A stretch of DNA of 64,000 bases from Chiloscyllium plagiosum (taxonomy: Eukaryota), in assembly GCF_004010195.1 (NCBI RefSeq), contig NC_057718.1:93964039-94028038 (forward strand), in the 5' to 3' direction. The position numbers and the translations under genes were made by a program. Positions 1-10,890 of the stretch are shown one piece after another; the stretch's first letter is position 1, and every line of letters starts with the position of its first letter. Under the pieces are notes generated by a model that saw only the letters and a program-made list of their open reading frames with translations, had not been told where the DNA came from and did not search any database.

Positions 1-19
1 CGGGCTGGAAGTTTTTGTT

Positions 20-59
20 GCAAACGTTTCGTCCCCTGTCTAGGTGACATCATCAGTGC
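20..59 (-). ncRNA. minimal hammerhead ribozyme motif (family C)
   Basis: Reverse complement reads gca-CTGATGA-t-gtcacct-agac-aggggac-GAAACGTT-tgc. Confidence 0.75.
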
Positions 60-546
60 TTGGGAGCCTCCTGCGAAGCGCTTCTTTGTTGTTTCCTCCG
101 GTGTTTATAGTGGTTTGTCCCTGCCGCTTCCGGTTGTGAGTTTCAGCTGTCCGCTGTAGTGGTTGGTATGTTGGGTCCAGGTCAATGTGTTTGTTGTTGG
201 AGTTTGTGGATGAATGCCATGCCTCTTGGAATTCCCTGGCTGTTCTCTGTCTGGCTTGCCCTATGATAGTAGTGTTGTTCCAGTCAAATTCATGTTGCTT
301 GTTGTCGCAGACATGAATTCGACTGGGACAACACTACTATCATAGGGCAAGTCAGACAGAGAACAGCCAGGGAATTCCTAGAGGCATGGCATTCATCCAC
401 AAACTCCATCAACAAACACATCGACCTGGACCCAATATACCAACCACTACAGCGGACAGCTGAAACTGACAACCGGAAGCGGCAGGGACAGACCACTATA
501 AACACCGGAGGAAACATCAAAGAAGCGCTTCGCAGGAGGCTCCCAA

Positions 547-586
547 GCACTGATGATGTTGCCTAGCCAGGGGACGAAACGTTTGC
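547..586 (+). ncRNA. minimal hammerhead ribozyme motif (family C)
   Basis: gca-CTGATGA-t-gttgcct-agcc-aggggac-GAAACGTT-tgc; stem I gca/tgc, palindromic ACGT in place of stem III. Confidence 0.75.
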
Positions 587-660
587 AACAAAAACTTCCA
601 GCTCGGCGAACAGAACCACAACAACAAGCACCCGAGCTACAAATCTTCGTACAAACTTTG

Positions 661-1410
661 TTCCTTCAATGTGTGACTTGCAATCACCAGGTCATCGACA
701 TATACGACACAGTTGGGTAATCTGGCAATGACAGCATTGGTTAGTCTCTAAAATGTGGTTGGCGTGTTTTTCATGCCAAATGGCATGACTTTAAACTGAT
801 ACAGTCCATTCGGCGTTAAGAAAGCTGAAATTGCCTTTGCTCTTTCGGACAAAGGTATCTGCCAGTATCCTCTGAGCAAGAGTATGGTGCTGGAAAAGTA
901 CAGCAGGTCAGGCAGCATCCGAGGAGCAGGAAAATTGACATTTTGGGCAAAAGCCTTTCATCAGGAACACATTAAAAGTGTTGTGTACTCACTTTAACCT
1001 CCTCTGAGCAAGTCCACCTTAGAAAGTTGTTTGTCCCATCTTCTCAACAAAGTCTTCCAACCACCGAATCGGATATGCATCAGTCTTTGTAACTGGATTG
1101 ACTTTGAAATAGTCCACACATTACCATTGGGTACCATTTGGCTTTGGCACCATTACTATGGGAGTGATCCTGTCACTGTAACTCACTTGTTGCATGTCAT
1201 CTTGGAGCATGTGTTCAATTTCCTTTTGAACCTGTTCCAACTTTAGAGGGTTATGCCTATAAAGATGTTGCTTAATTGGAACAGCATCTCCTATATCTAC
1301 GTCATACCTACTTAGGTTAGTACTTCCTAACTTATTTCCACATATCTCCCCATGTGATGGTAATAATTCTTTCAAGTCATTTTGATTTTCCTCAGGAAGG
1401 TAACGCAATA
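661..1410 (-). pseudogene. Gypsy reverse transcriptase fragment
   Basis: DIGDAVPIKQHLYR, TPIVMVPKPNG, KVDLLRGYWQ, VMPFGMKN; YVDD at 691-702. Confidence 0.9.
881..999 (-). mobile_element. PLE family A pLTR fragment with degenerate hammerhead, inserted in Gypsy RT
   Basis: Family A sequence (gctggaaaagtacagcaggtcaggcagcatcc...tttcatcaggaa); 13-bp TSD tcctctgagcaag at 868-880 and 1000-1012. Confidence 0.85.
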
Positions 1411-1579
1411 ATTAATCCCAATTTTGACAACTTACTCATTGTCCAATTTAATTTGAGAAGTGTCTAATTCAGAATCCTTTGAACTTGGTTCTTCTTTCTG
1501 CATTGTAATTCATAACGCATTCTCCTCTTGCTTTCCTCCCCTGTCAAAATACCTTTTGCACATGACACACACTGCGAGA

Positions 1580-2700
1580 TTATTTTCTGTCTGGAGTCCA
1601 TATCAAGTAGTTCACCTCACTCCATTTCCTTTCAACTTGATAAGGTCTACTAAACCTTGCTTTTAAAGATCCACCTATCACTGGAAGTAATACTAATACC
1701 TTTCCCCAAATAGCAAAATTGCAAATTTTTGATTTCTTGTCTGCTTCCTGTTTCACTGTATGCTGTGATACTTTTAAGTGCTGTCTAACCAACTGTCTAG
1801 CCAATGATTAAACTCTATTTAATTGTTCCCTAAAATTTGACACAGAGTCCAAACATGTGCTCTCTGAATTCTGACTTACCAATTTCTCCTTAATCAATCC
1901 TCTCACTTCACGCCCCAAAACTAATTCAAATGGACTGAATTTGGTTGATTCATTTGGTGCATCACTGATCGCAAAAGGCAAAATGAAATTCCCTTATCCT
2001 AATCATCTGGATATTTTTGACTATAAGCCCTCAACATGGTCTTTAATGTCTGATGCCACCTTTCTAGTGCTCCCTGTGACTCAGGATGGTACGCTGTAGA
2101 TTTGAATTGTTTTATTCCTGAGCTGTCCATAACTTCCTTGAATAAATTTGATGTCAAGTTTGCCCCTTGATCTCAATACATCTCTATTGGTAGCCCGTAT
2201 CTAGTGAAAGATTTGAGCAATTCCTCTCAAATCTTTTTTAGCTGTAATATTGCATAATGGGACGGCCTCTGAAATCTAGTTGATACATCCATTATTGTTA
2301 ACAAATACTGATTCTCACTTTTTGTTTGAGGTAGAGGACTTATGCAATCAATTAAGACTCTTGTAAAAGTTTCCTCAAATGCTTGAATAGGTATTAAAAG
2401 TGCAGGTTTTATTACCACCTGTGATTTTCCAATTACCTGACGTGTATGACATGTCTGGCAAAATTCAATCATATCTTTGTGCAGTCCAGGCCAGTAAAAA
2501 TATTTTTGTATTTTAGCTTGTGTTTTCCTCAATCCTAAATCACCCCCCAGTGGTAGTTCATGTGCTGTTCACCACAACTCCTTTCTATACCCCACTGACA
2601 ATACAATTTGATTAACTTCTGCCTATTTCTCACCTGCCTGAATGTGTGATGGTCTCCATTTCCTCATTAAGACATCATTTTTAAGGTAATAACATATAGG
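1580..2700 (-). pseudogene. Gypsy integrase fragment
   Basis: Zn-finger region (HELPLGG...YFYWPGLHKDMIEFCQTCHT), core VLIDCISPLP, DQGANLTS, YHPESQGALERWHQTLK, and C-terminal GPY-like LKARFSRPYQV. Confidence 0.9.
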
Positions 2701-3054
2701 GATACATTTGGATTCCTTTCCTGAGTGTGCCCTTTGATACAATTGCTTTAAAATCGCAATTTCTGCTGTAATTCAGTTAATTTATCTGAGCTAAAGATAT
2801 CTACTTTGTCATCTATCTGCTCCTGCTTTGTGTCAACCATCTGATCAAACAGGGTCTCTGCTAATTCCATTTCAACTTTCTTATCTGTACTTTTTATCTC
2901 TCCTGTTTCATGTGGTGACTTTGTGACCTCATTACCATGCAGTCAGGAAAGATTCCAGGATGTGGGTCCTGCTTTATTTCAGTTGCCTGAATTTCAATTG
3001 ACTTTTCAACCACGGTAGACAGCACTCCTACTGGTGAATCAGCTATATCATTAA

Positions 3055-3365
3055 GTATGTAAGTTAGCTCGCTGAGCTTGAAGGTGTTTGCAGATGTTTC
3101 ATCACCATACTAGGTAACATCATCAGTGAGAGTCTCCAGTGAGGTGCTAGTGATATGTCCCACCTCTCGATTTATAGGTCTTGGTTTCTTAAGGTGGGTG
3201 GCGTCATTTCCAGTTTTTTTTCAAGGGTAGGTAGATGAGATATAAGTCGGTGTGTTTATTGATGGAGTTCTGGTTAGAAATGCCAGGCTTCTAGGATTCC
3301 TCGTGCACCTCTTTGTTTCGCCTGTCCCAGGATGTGTGCACTGTCCCAGTCAGAGTGATGGCCTC
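3055..3365 (-). mobile_element. older PLE family C-like 3' fragment
   Basis: HSDWDSAHILGQAKQRGARGILEAWHF, then a degenerate hammerhead (ctgatgatgttacctagtatggtgatgaaacatctg). Confidence 0.8.
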
Positions 3366-3721
3366 TTTGGCTGTATCTATAGAACCTAGAGAGAGTGGGT
3401 CTAATGGTGTTTCCAGCAGATCTATTGCTGTAATGATCTCTTCTTTCCTCATGGAAGGAGGCAGCTCCAACTCCAGCTTGTCCTGCAAATTCCTGCAGTT
3501 TGGTCTTAACCACCTTTTGTAAATCCGTACTGTCACTTCTACCACCTCCAGAAAACTCTTGGTGACTGAAAGAGCCACTGCTGTCCCAAGCGCTGTTTAA
3601 ACCAACCGAATTCAACACCCAGAATGAAAGACACTAGGACCTACCATTCGCTGCCTTCGAGTCCAACAACTCTAATTCCAATTTGGAATGACAAAACAAA
3701 TCCAGCAAAGAACCGTCAACC

Positions 3722-4331
3722 TGTTATGGATCAGGCCAGACCCTCTCAAAACATTTCAAGAAGGTAGCCAAGACCCTAGCTATCTGATTTAAGCAGGTCT
3801 ACAGTGGGTATTCCAGGAGAGAATCAGCTGGTTAAACCACTTAGTTTTAAACAAAACAGGATTATTTACAAGATTACTGAATAAAACACAGAACCGAAAA
3901 CAGAATACCGAATAACTTATCCTATCCAAACTCCCAACAGGCTATCTCAACTTAATGATGCTGTTCCAAAATACTTGCAATAGTCCGCATAAACACCCCT
4001 TGGCACAACAGGAAAAATCAAACAAGTTCTTACAGGAGAGACATCAGAGAGAGAGAAAGAGTCCAGCAGCCTTTCTACACACACACACACTGCTGCAGTA
4101 AAACCCAAACCAAAGAAAAAACTGAGCTGCGAGAACAGGCCACCCCCCTTTCATTGTACAGGGGTTTGTTTTAAAACTTGAAAGCCATCTGCCTGAGGCA
4201 ATATCTGTTGTTTGTCAACAGATTGGCCCTAAAACCCATCCAAACTCAGACTTTTCAGAACCCGTGTAGTTTGCAACCTCTCTGAAAATATCCAAGGACA
4301 ACCAAACCTCATTAAAGGAACAGCTTCAACA
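3722..4331 (-). repeat. putative 5' LTR of the Gypsy element
   Basis: Bounded by tgtt...aaca and lies just upstream of the gag start. No second LTR in the window to confirm it. Confidence 0.6.
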
Positions 4332-5544
4332 CAGCAATCTTTGAGCTGAAAGTTAGCATTCTGTGAAAATTGCAAAATTCTAATATTCAAGGCTGTAGAG
4401 TAGTTAGATGTCAACTTTCTATTCTGCTCTGATGGGGCAGGGCTTATTGCAAAGTTTTTAAATGGTCATTGAACAGGACCGTTCTGGGGTCACTGAAAGA
4501 CAATTCCAGGGCAGTTCATTGGCTAAAGAGACCGATTTAATCTCGGTGCCCACCACCCACACCCACCACCATTACAATCGTACCAGCTTCAGCGATGGCA
4601 TCTACCAGCACACCAATTGAGGCTCTTTAAGTGGACAATTAACACTCACTTAAGAGGCCTCTCCCACCACTGCTGGCATTTCAGACAATAGGAGAGACTC
4701 ACACTGAAGAGTCAACTCAACAGGTGACCCTACAAGGGCTGTCTGTAGGTCGGGGTGAGAGTACCCTTCTGCTATTTCACCCTAAGTCCATAGGAGGGTT
4801 CCCCGAAGGGTAATAGATACACATTGCCCTACCCCACTTCCATGGCCTCTCAAATCCTGCCCCCATCCCCTCCATACTTCTGGCTCAGCCCAAATACTTC
4901 CGAAGTTCCAATAAACCATACTTCACCACCTCATCATCCAATTGCAGTACCTGCTGTGGCCAGCATTCCCCTTGGCACTACCAAGAGCTGCCAGCCTCTG
5001 ACTTTCCTGCAACTTGAACCTATAGGCCCACTTAGAGTCTGCAAGTAGTCAGATGGCCATTAATTGATGACATTTGGTGGAGTAATTTTGCCTTTAGCTG
5101 CCATGTGGCAGAGATCAGGGAACTCCGTATAATTCAGCCCTTCAACTGAGGTGCCTGAGGAGGTGACATTGGTGGTATTAATGCTCAGGCTAAATCACCT
5201 CTGTCACTTCGATTCAGAAATCAACCACAAATGGGTCTAATTTGTTGATGAAACCAAACTCAGAAGGGTATTGTCATTGAAGAAGGTCATCCAGAATTTA
5301 CAGACTAGCTTGAGCTATTTGTGAAAATTGACAGAACATTGGCAGATTAAATTATATACAACTGATAGAATTTACGAAAGAAGCGTGGAAAAACAATTGG
5401 AAAGCTAAGGATGAAAGTGAAAAAGATCTATGTGCTTGTAGAGTCAACAGTTAATTTGTTCATCTGTAGAGCAGCGATCTCTCTGATTAGTGATCCTGAA
5501 GGTATTAAGAATCAACCATGCAGAACAGGGCTGAAATCACATCT

Positions 5545-6420
5545 TAGTTTGAATGAAATGCGAGGTACTGCCTTTTGGGAAAACAAATCTTAGCAGGACT
5601 TATACAATTAATAGTAAGGTCCTAGGGAATGTTGCTGAGCAAAGAGACCTTGGAGTGCAGGTTCATAGCTCCTTGAAAGTAGACTTTGCTGTGCTCTTCC
5701 AGCACCACTGATCCAGAATCTGGTTTCCAGCATCTGCAGTCATTGTTTTTACCTCACCGGTAGACAGTATAGTGAAGAAGGCGTTTGGTATGCTTTCCTT
5801 TATTGGTCAGAGTATTGAGTACAGGAGTTGGGAGGTCATGTTGCGGCTGTACAGGACATTGGTTAGGCCACTGTTGGAATATTGCGTGCAATTCTGGTCT
5901 GCTTCCTATCGGAAGGATGTTGTGAAACTTGAAAAGGTTCAGAAAAGATTTACAAGAATGTTGCCAGGGTTAGAGGATTTGAGCTATAGGGAGAGGTTGA
6001 ATAGGCTGGGGCTGTTTTCCCTGGAGCATCGGAGACTGAGGGGTGACCTTATAGAGGTTTATAAAATCATGAGGGGCATGGATAGGGATAAATAGACAAA
6101 GTCTTTTCCCTGGGGCGGGGGAGTCCAGAATTAGAGAGCATAGGTTTAGGGTGAGAGGGGAAAGATATACAAGAGACCTAAGGGGCAACATTTTCCCACA
6201 GAGGGTGTTACGTGTATGGAATGAGCTGCCGGAGGAAGTGTTGGATGCTAGTACAACTGCAACATTTAAGAGGCATTTGGATGGGTATATGAATAGGAAG
6301 GGTTTGAAGGGATATGGGCTGGGTGCTGGCAGATGAGACTAGATTGCATTGAGATGTCTGGTCAGCATGGACAGGTTGGACTGAAGGGTCTGTTTCCATG
6401 TTGTACATCTCTATGACTCT
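5545..6420 (+). mobile_element. CR1 (HER1-like) LINE 3' part
   Basis: YRTLVRPLLEYCVQFWS...LRGDLIEVYKIM, VWNELP; tail ctctatgactc. A PLE family A tail is inserted at ~5685-5755. Confidence 0.95.
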
Positions 6421-7239
6421 GTGAGTACAGATATCACCTTTACTTGAAAGTATTCAAGGGGTACGAGTGAACCAGTTGGATTTTGATGACCGTGTAACAG
6501 CCTCAGTGGCATGTGTTTTCACATCTGGTGCCAACTCTCCACTCAGCAGCAACTTCTTGCATTTGCACAGTGAGCATTCATGAGAAATGTCATTTGAATC
6601 CAAGACACTTTAGGAGATACTGGGCAACAGTGACTCAAAAGCTTAGTCAAAGATGTAAGTGTTAAGGAGCACCTTAAGTAGGGTGGGGGGTGGTCAGAAT
6701 GACACAGAACGGCAGCAAGATTTCACTGTGGGGATTTGAACCCGTCACCAGTAATTCTGGCGCTCTAATCATGAGGGCACCACACTGCACATGGCGTGCT
6801 GCATGTTGTGAATTATCTGATAGTGTGAGGTCCCATCTATAAAGTTTTACGGCACTTTTATTGCTTGTTTTACTGTCTGCCAGAAGAAAGCTCTTTTGAA
6901 ACTATTACAAACATGTGGCCAAGCTTTTGTCAAACCTTATTTTTTATTTATTTTAGAGTGACTTACCTCTTTGTTGCCAGTTCACCTGACTTGCAGCTGC
7001 TAATTGCACGCTGAGGAGAGAATGGTTCCGAGTCACTGGCAGGTGCTGAATAGCTGGAGTGTTCCCAGCAGCTGCTTTCAAAAGTGTCCACTCTGCCAAT
7101 CCAACTGCTTTGGCATTATCTTATATTTTTATTGCATCACATTTTACTTCAGTCAGTTTCATTATTTACCCAGAAGCTTTGGACTGAATTGTAATGTATA
7201 ATCTTTTAAGCATCAGTGTGGGAGGCATATTAGGAAAGA

Positions 7240-7860
7240 ACGTGCTTTCGTGCAGTGTCTTTTCGAGCGCCAGGAAGTTGCAAAGTGTTTCTTGAAGCAC
7301 TTATTGAGGTGTAATCACTGCTGTAATGTAGGAAAGGTGGCAGTCAATTTCCACACAGTGCACCCTTACAGCAATGTTGATAAAGGCCAGATAATTATCC
7401 AGAGATGTTGGTTGAGGAATAAATGTTGACCAGGATCAATATTAACCACAATTTTAATTTTGCCCTGCTTCAAATGAGTGTGTGGACTCTTTCACTCTGA
7501 AAATATTACAGGTGGGCCTCAAATTAATACCTTGTCTAAGGGAGCCATGATGTGGCGGAGCCAGTGTTAGACTGGGGTGGACAAAACTAAAAATCACACA
7601 ACACCAGGTTATAGTCCAACAGGTTTATTTGGAAGCACTAGCTTTTGGAGTGCTGCCTGATTGAAGGAGCAGCACTCTGAAAGCTAGTGCTCCCAAATGA
7701 ACCTGTTGGATTATAACCTGTTGTGTGATTTTTAACTTTGTCTAAAGGGGAACACCTCTGACAGTGCAGCACTCCCTCAGCACTGCACTGGGATGGCAAT
7801 CTAACTTTTTTTCTAAAGGCTAAGAAGAGAGCTCGAACTCACTGTGAATGTCACCATTGA
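7240..7860 (-). mobile_element. DeuSINE-like (SacSINE1/AmnSINE-type) SINE, interrupted by a PLE
   Basis: Motifs gtaatcactgctgtaatgtaggaaa, gatgttggttgaggaataaatgttgaccagga, cacctctgacagtgcagcactccctcagcactgcactggga. Confidence 0.65.
7546..7741. mobile_element. PLE family B fold-back element with degenerate hammerheads
   Basis: aaaatcacacaacaccaggttatagtccaacaggtttatttggaagcactagc mirrored by gctagtgctcccaaatgaacctgttggattataacctgttgtgtgatttt; ttgtctaa repeated at the flanks. Confidence 0.8.
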
Positions 7861-7934
7861 GTAAGATGAGAGCCCCAAGTCAGGCAATTAGTGAGACCTG
7901 GAGGAGCAAATGTAAAAATAACCCCCAGACAGGC

Positions 7935-8410
7935 AGTCACAAACATAGATAGATGAGTGCAGTTCAAACAAGACTCAAGAAACTTGAGAGCATCCAGGAC
8001 AAAGCATACTGCTTGACTGGCATCGCATCCAAAAACATTCATTCCCTTCACCACTGGCACCCAGTAGCAGTAGTGTGTACCATCTGTCAAAATTCACCAA
8101 AGATCCTTAGATAGCACCTTCCATAACCCAGGAGTATATCCATGTAGAAGGACAGGAGCAGTTGATACATGGGAACACCACCCCCTGCAAGTTCCCTCCA
8201 AGCCATTTGCCATCCTGACTTGGAAAGATATTGCAGTTCTTTCAGTGTTGTTGGATCAAAGTCCTGGAGTTCCTTTCCGAAGCAGCATTATATCACATGG
8301 ACTGCACCATTCAAGATGGCAGCTCACCAGCACCTTCTCAAGAGCAACTAGGGACAGGCAATAAATGTTGGTTAGACCAACAACGCCCACATCCCATGAA
8401 CTAATAAAAT
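7935..8410 (+). mobile_element. second LINE family (CR1/L2-group) 3' part
   Basis: RLKKLESIQDKAYCLTG, followed by the recurrent 3' region ...ttcaagatggcagctcaccagcaccttctcaagagcaactagggacaggcaataaatg...cacatcccatgaa. Confidence 0.75.
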
Positions 8411-8412
8411 AG

Positions 8413-8540
8413 TTTGCTATAAATTCTGTGTCTTATGGTCCTGCTCCACAGCTATCTGATGAAGGAGCAGCGCTCTGAAAACTAGTGCTTCCAAATAAAC
8501 CTATTGGACTATAACCCAGTGTTGTACAATTTTTAACTTA
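8413..8540 (+). mobile_element. PLE family B single arm with hammerhead motif
   Basis: ctgatgaaggagcagcgctctgaaaactagtg...aaacctattggactataacc. Confidence 0.8.
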
Positions 8541-9029
8541 ATAAAATAAAATTCCACACACAATCATAATCTGCCTTTTTCATTTGAATGCTGATTCACT
8601 TACAAGGCATTCAGAGTATTGTGGAGACATAAATCACCAGCTTTTAAGCCTGCATCTATCCTCTTCATCTTGTATCCTTTATTGTTTAGATTTTCTTTCA
8701 TGCTGTACGTGATTCTCTGTAGATTAATGCAGACCTTCCACAATCTATTGATCATTTTCTTGCAGGACTCCACAAGTGAACTTTTGGAATTAAATCCCTC
8801 TTGTTAAAATTAAGGTGAGAATTTGTCTACATTTTATAGCATTGAAACCACTGAAGTATTCCATCCAGTCACATTGTCCAACATTTGGATCCAGGCTTGA
8901 TTCATTATTTAAAAGATGTTTGTTGAATTTTACTGAAGGTGTTAATCTCCTATTTCAAATTTCAGCTCAGCTGTGTTCCATCCTCTGGGATTTAACATAA
9001 AAATTTGCACTGACCTAGATAGGTTTGCA

Positions 9030-9350
9030 GCTCACTTGTGCTTCAATGTTCAATAATTCATCTGTCCATTCAAATCCTCCCATGACTCTCGCCCTTCCAT
9101 ATTTCTGTAACTTCCTCCAGCCACATAACTCTCCTGAGAAGTTGGTTTCTCCAACCTTAACTTCTGGTTTCCATCCCACCCCTCCTCCCCATCTTTCTTC
9201 ACCCTCCAATTGACTGCCCAGCTTTCAGGTGTCAAAGCCCGAGATCTGGAATTTTCTATCTTTCACGTCCCAACCTCTGCCTCTTACTTTCTTCAAGATA
9301 CCCTTTCTGACCACCTAGTCACCTGCCCTGATTGTCTTTCTAATTGCAGT
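9030..9350 (+). mobile_element. old L2-like LINE 3' fragment
   Basis: ctcgcccttccatatttctgtaacttcctccagcc...atctggaatt...ttcaagatac...tcacctgccc resembles L2 3' ends. Confidence 0.4.
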
Positions 9351-9949
9351 CAAATAATGGTGCCAGATGGGTTGAAAGGTTGAAAAAGAAGTGGACAGGA
9401 GAGGTGGAGGCTGAGATCACAGTCATGATCATATTAAATGGTGGAGCAGTCTCAAGGATTGGCTACTCTTGTTCCTATGTTCAAATATTTATGATTACTG
9501 TCCCATGAAGTGCTGCAGGCTAACACATCAAAGGTATCATTCAAATTCAAGTTGTGTTGGAGAGTTCGGGCTATGAACACACCCTGGTAGATGAGCTTTG
9601 TAGGATCATTACCTGCATTGTGTTTTGCAGACTGTATGTGTTACTATATTTAGAGACTTGAGTCACAAATTGCACATCAGAGCTGACCTTCAGCAGCAGT
9701 TCCCATGGATACAAGATCTTCAGGATCACACTGCAACCCCCCCCAACTCCCCTTTACAGTCAGGAAAGAAACAGCTATAGTGAAATGCCAATTGTCTGTT
9801 GGCTTATCATTGTGTGTTCTGTCCGCTTGCAATCTGAGTTCACTTTGCCTGTCTCATCACACCTGAAACAGTTTGCTGAGAGCACATTGCAGGTGTGATA
9901 TCTTAGTCTATCACCAAACTTCACAGGTAATCTGGGGACCACTGTTACA

Positions 9950-10275
9950 AGATGATTAGGGTTGACCGTGAGAACCTTTTTCCACATATGGAGCCAGCTA
10001 TTACGAGGGGGCATAACTTTAAATTAAGGGGTGGTAGGTATAGGACAGATGTTAGGGGTAGATTCTTTACTCAGCCAGTCGTGAGTTCATGGAATGCACT
10101 GCCAGTAGCAGTGGTGGACTCTCCCTCTTTATGGGCATTTAAGCGGGCATTGGATAGGTATATGGAGGATAGTGGGCTAGTGTAGGTTAGGTGGGCTTGG
10201 ATCGGCGCAACATCGAGGGCCGAAGGGCCTGTACTGCGCTGTATTCTTCTATGTTCTATGTTCTATGTTCTATGT
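9950..10275 (+). mobile_element. young CR1 3' end with (TTCTATG)n tail
   Basis: TRGHNFKL...FFTQPVVSSWNALP; terminal ttctatg repeats. Confidence 0.9.
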
Positions 10276-10424
10276 CCTCCATTTCTCAATATGTCTGACC
10301 ATCATTGACTCACCCGATTAAGATGTCCTAACCAATAAAACAGAGCTAATTTTATAGATCTAAGAACTTCTTTGTACTTTTCTATGTTTAAAAAAAAAGT
10401 TAACACCAATCTCAGCTTTATTAG

Positions 10425-10890
10425 TATGTGTACAAGAGCAGGAAGCAGATGTCCAATTTGGATAAGAGACTTGTTACATCTCAGCTGGAGTATTGTGTAC
10501 TGTTCTAGGACCTACATTACAGGAGGCATGTGAACACATTGGACAAAGGCAAGAGAGGTTTACAAGAAAAGTTCTAGGAAGGAGGAACTTCAATTATGAG
10601 GACAGGTTGAAGATGGGGGGGGGACTGTCCTTGTTGGAGAGATGAAGGCTGAGAGGAGATTGGATAGAGGTTTTTCAAAATGATGGGAGGGTTGAATAGA
10701 GTAGATAGAGACCAACTGTCCCCATTCGTAAAGGGAAAGGATATAGATTTAAAGTATTCTGCAAGGGTGAAGTGAGGTAAAACATTTTCACTCAGCAAGT
10801 GATTACGTTATGAAATGCAGTGCCTGGAGGCAGGTTCATTGTCGCATTCACAAGAGGGCCTTTGGATGATTATCTAGACATAAGCAATAT
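10425..10890 (+). mobile_element. old CR1 fragment
   Basis: cagctggagtattgtgtactgttct and aggctgagaggagattggatagaggtttttcaaaatgatg. Confidence 0.7.

Larger units (their letters stand above)
1..660. mobile_element. Penelope-like element family C, inverted (fold-back) pair of 3' ends; runs off the left edge
   Basis: 1-~295 is the reverse complement of ~311-605. The + arm encodes a GIY-YIG C-terminal segment (HEFDWDNTTIIGQ...REFLEAWHS...INKHIDLDPIY) followed by a hammerhead motif. Confidence 0.9.
661..4331 (-). mobile_element. decayed Ty3/Gypsy LTR retrotransposon with Gmr1-like order (LTR-gag...IN-RT)
   Basis: On the minus strand: LTR 4331-3722, gag N-terminus ~3580-3370, integrase ~2700-1580, RT ~1410-661. 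Many stops and frameshifts, and PLE insertions. Confidence 0.85.

Noticed and set aside
290..550. Recurrent ORF MLGSLLRSASLMF... (also at 27925 and 28667)
   Set aside because: It is the antisense frame of the PLE family C end, recurs only because the repeat does, and starts at a non-ATG codon.
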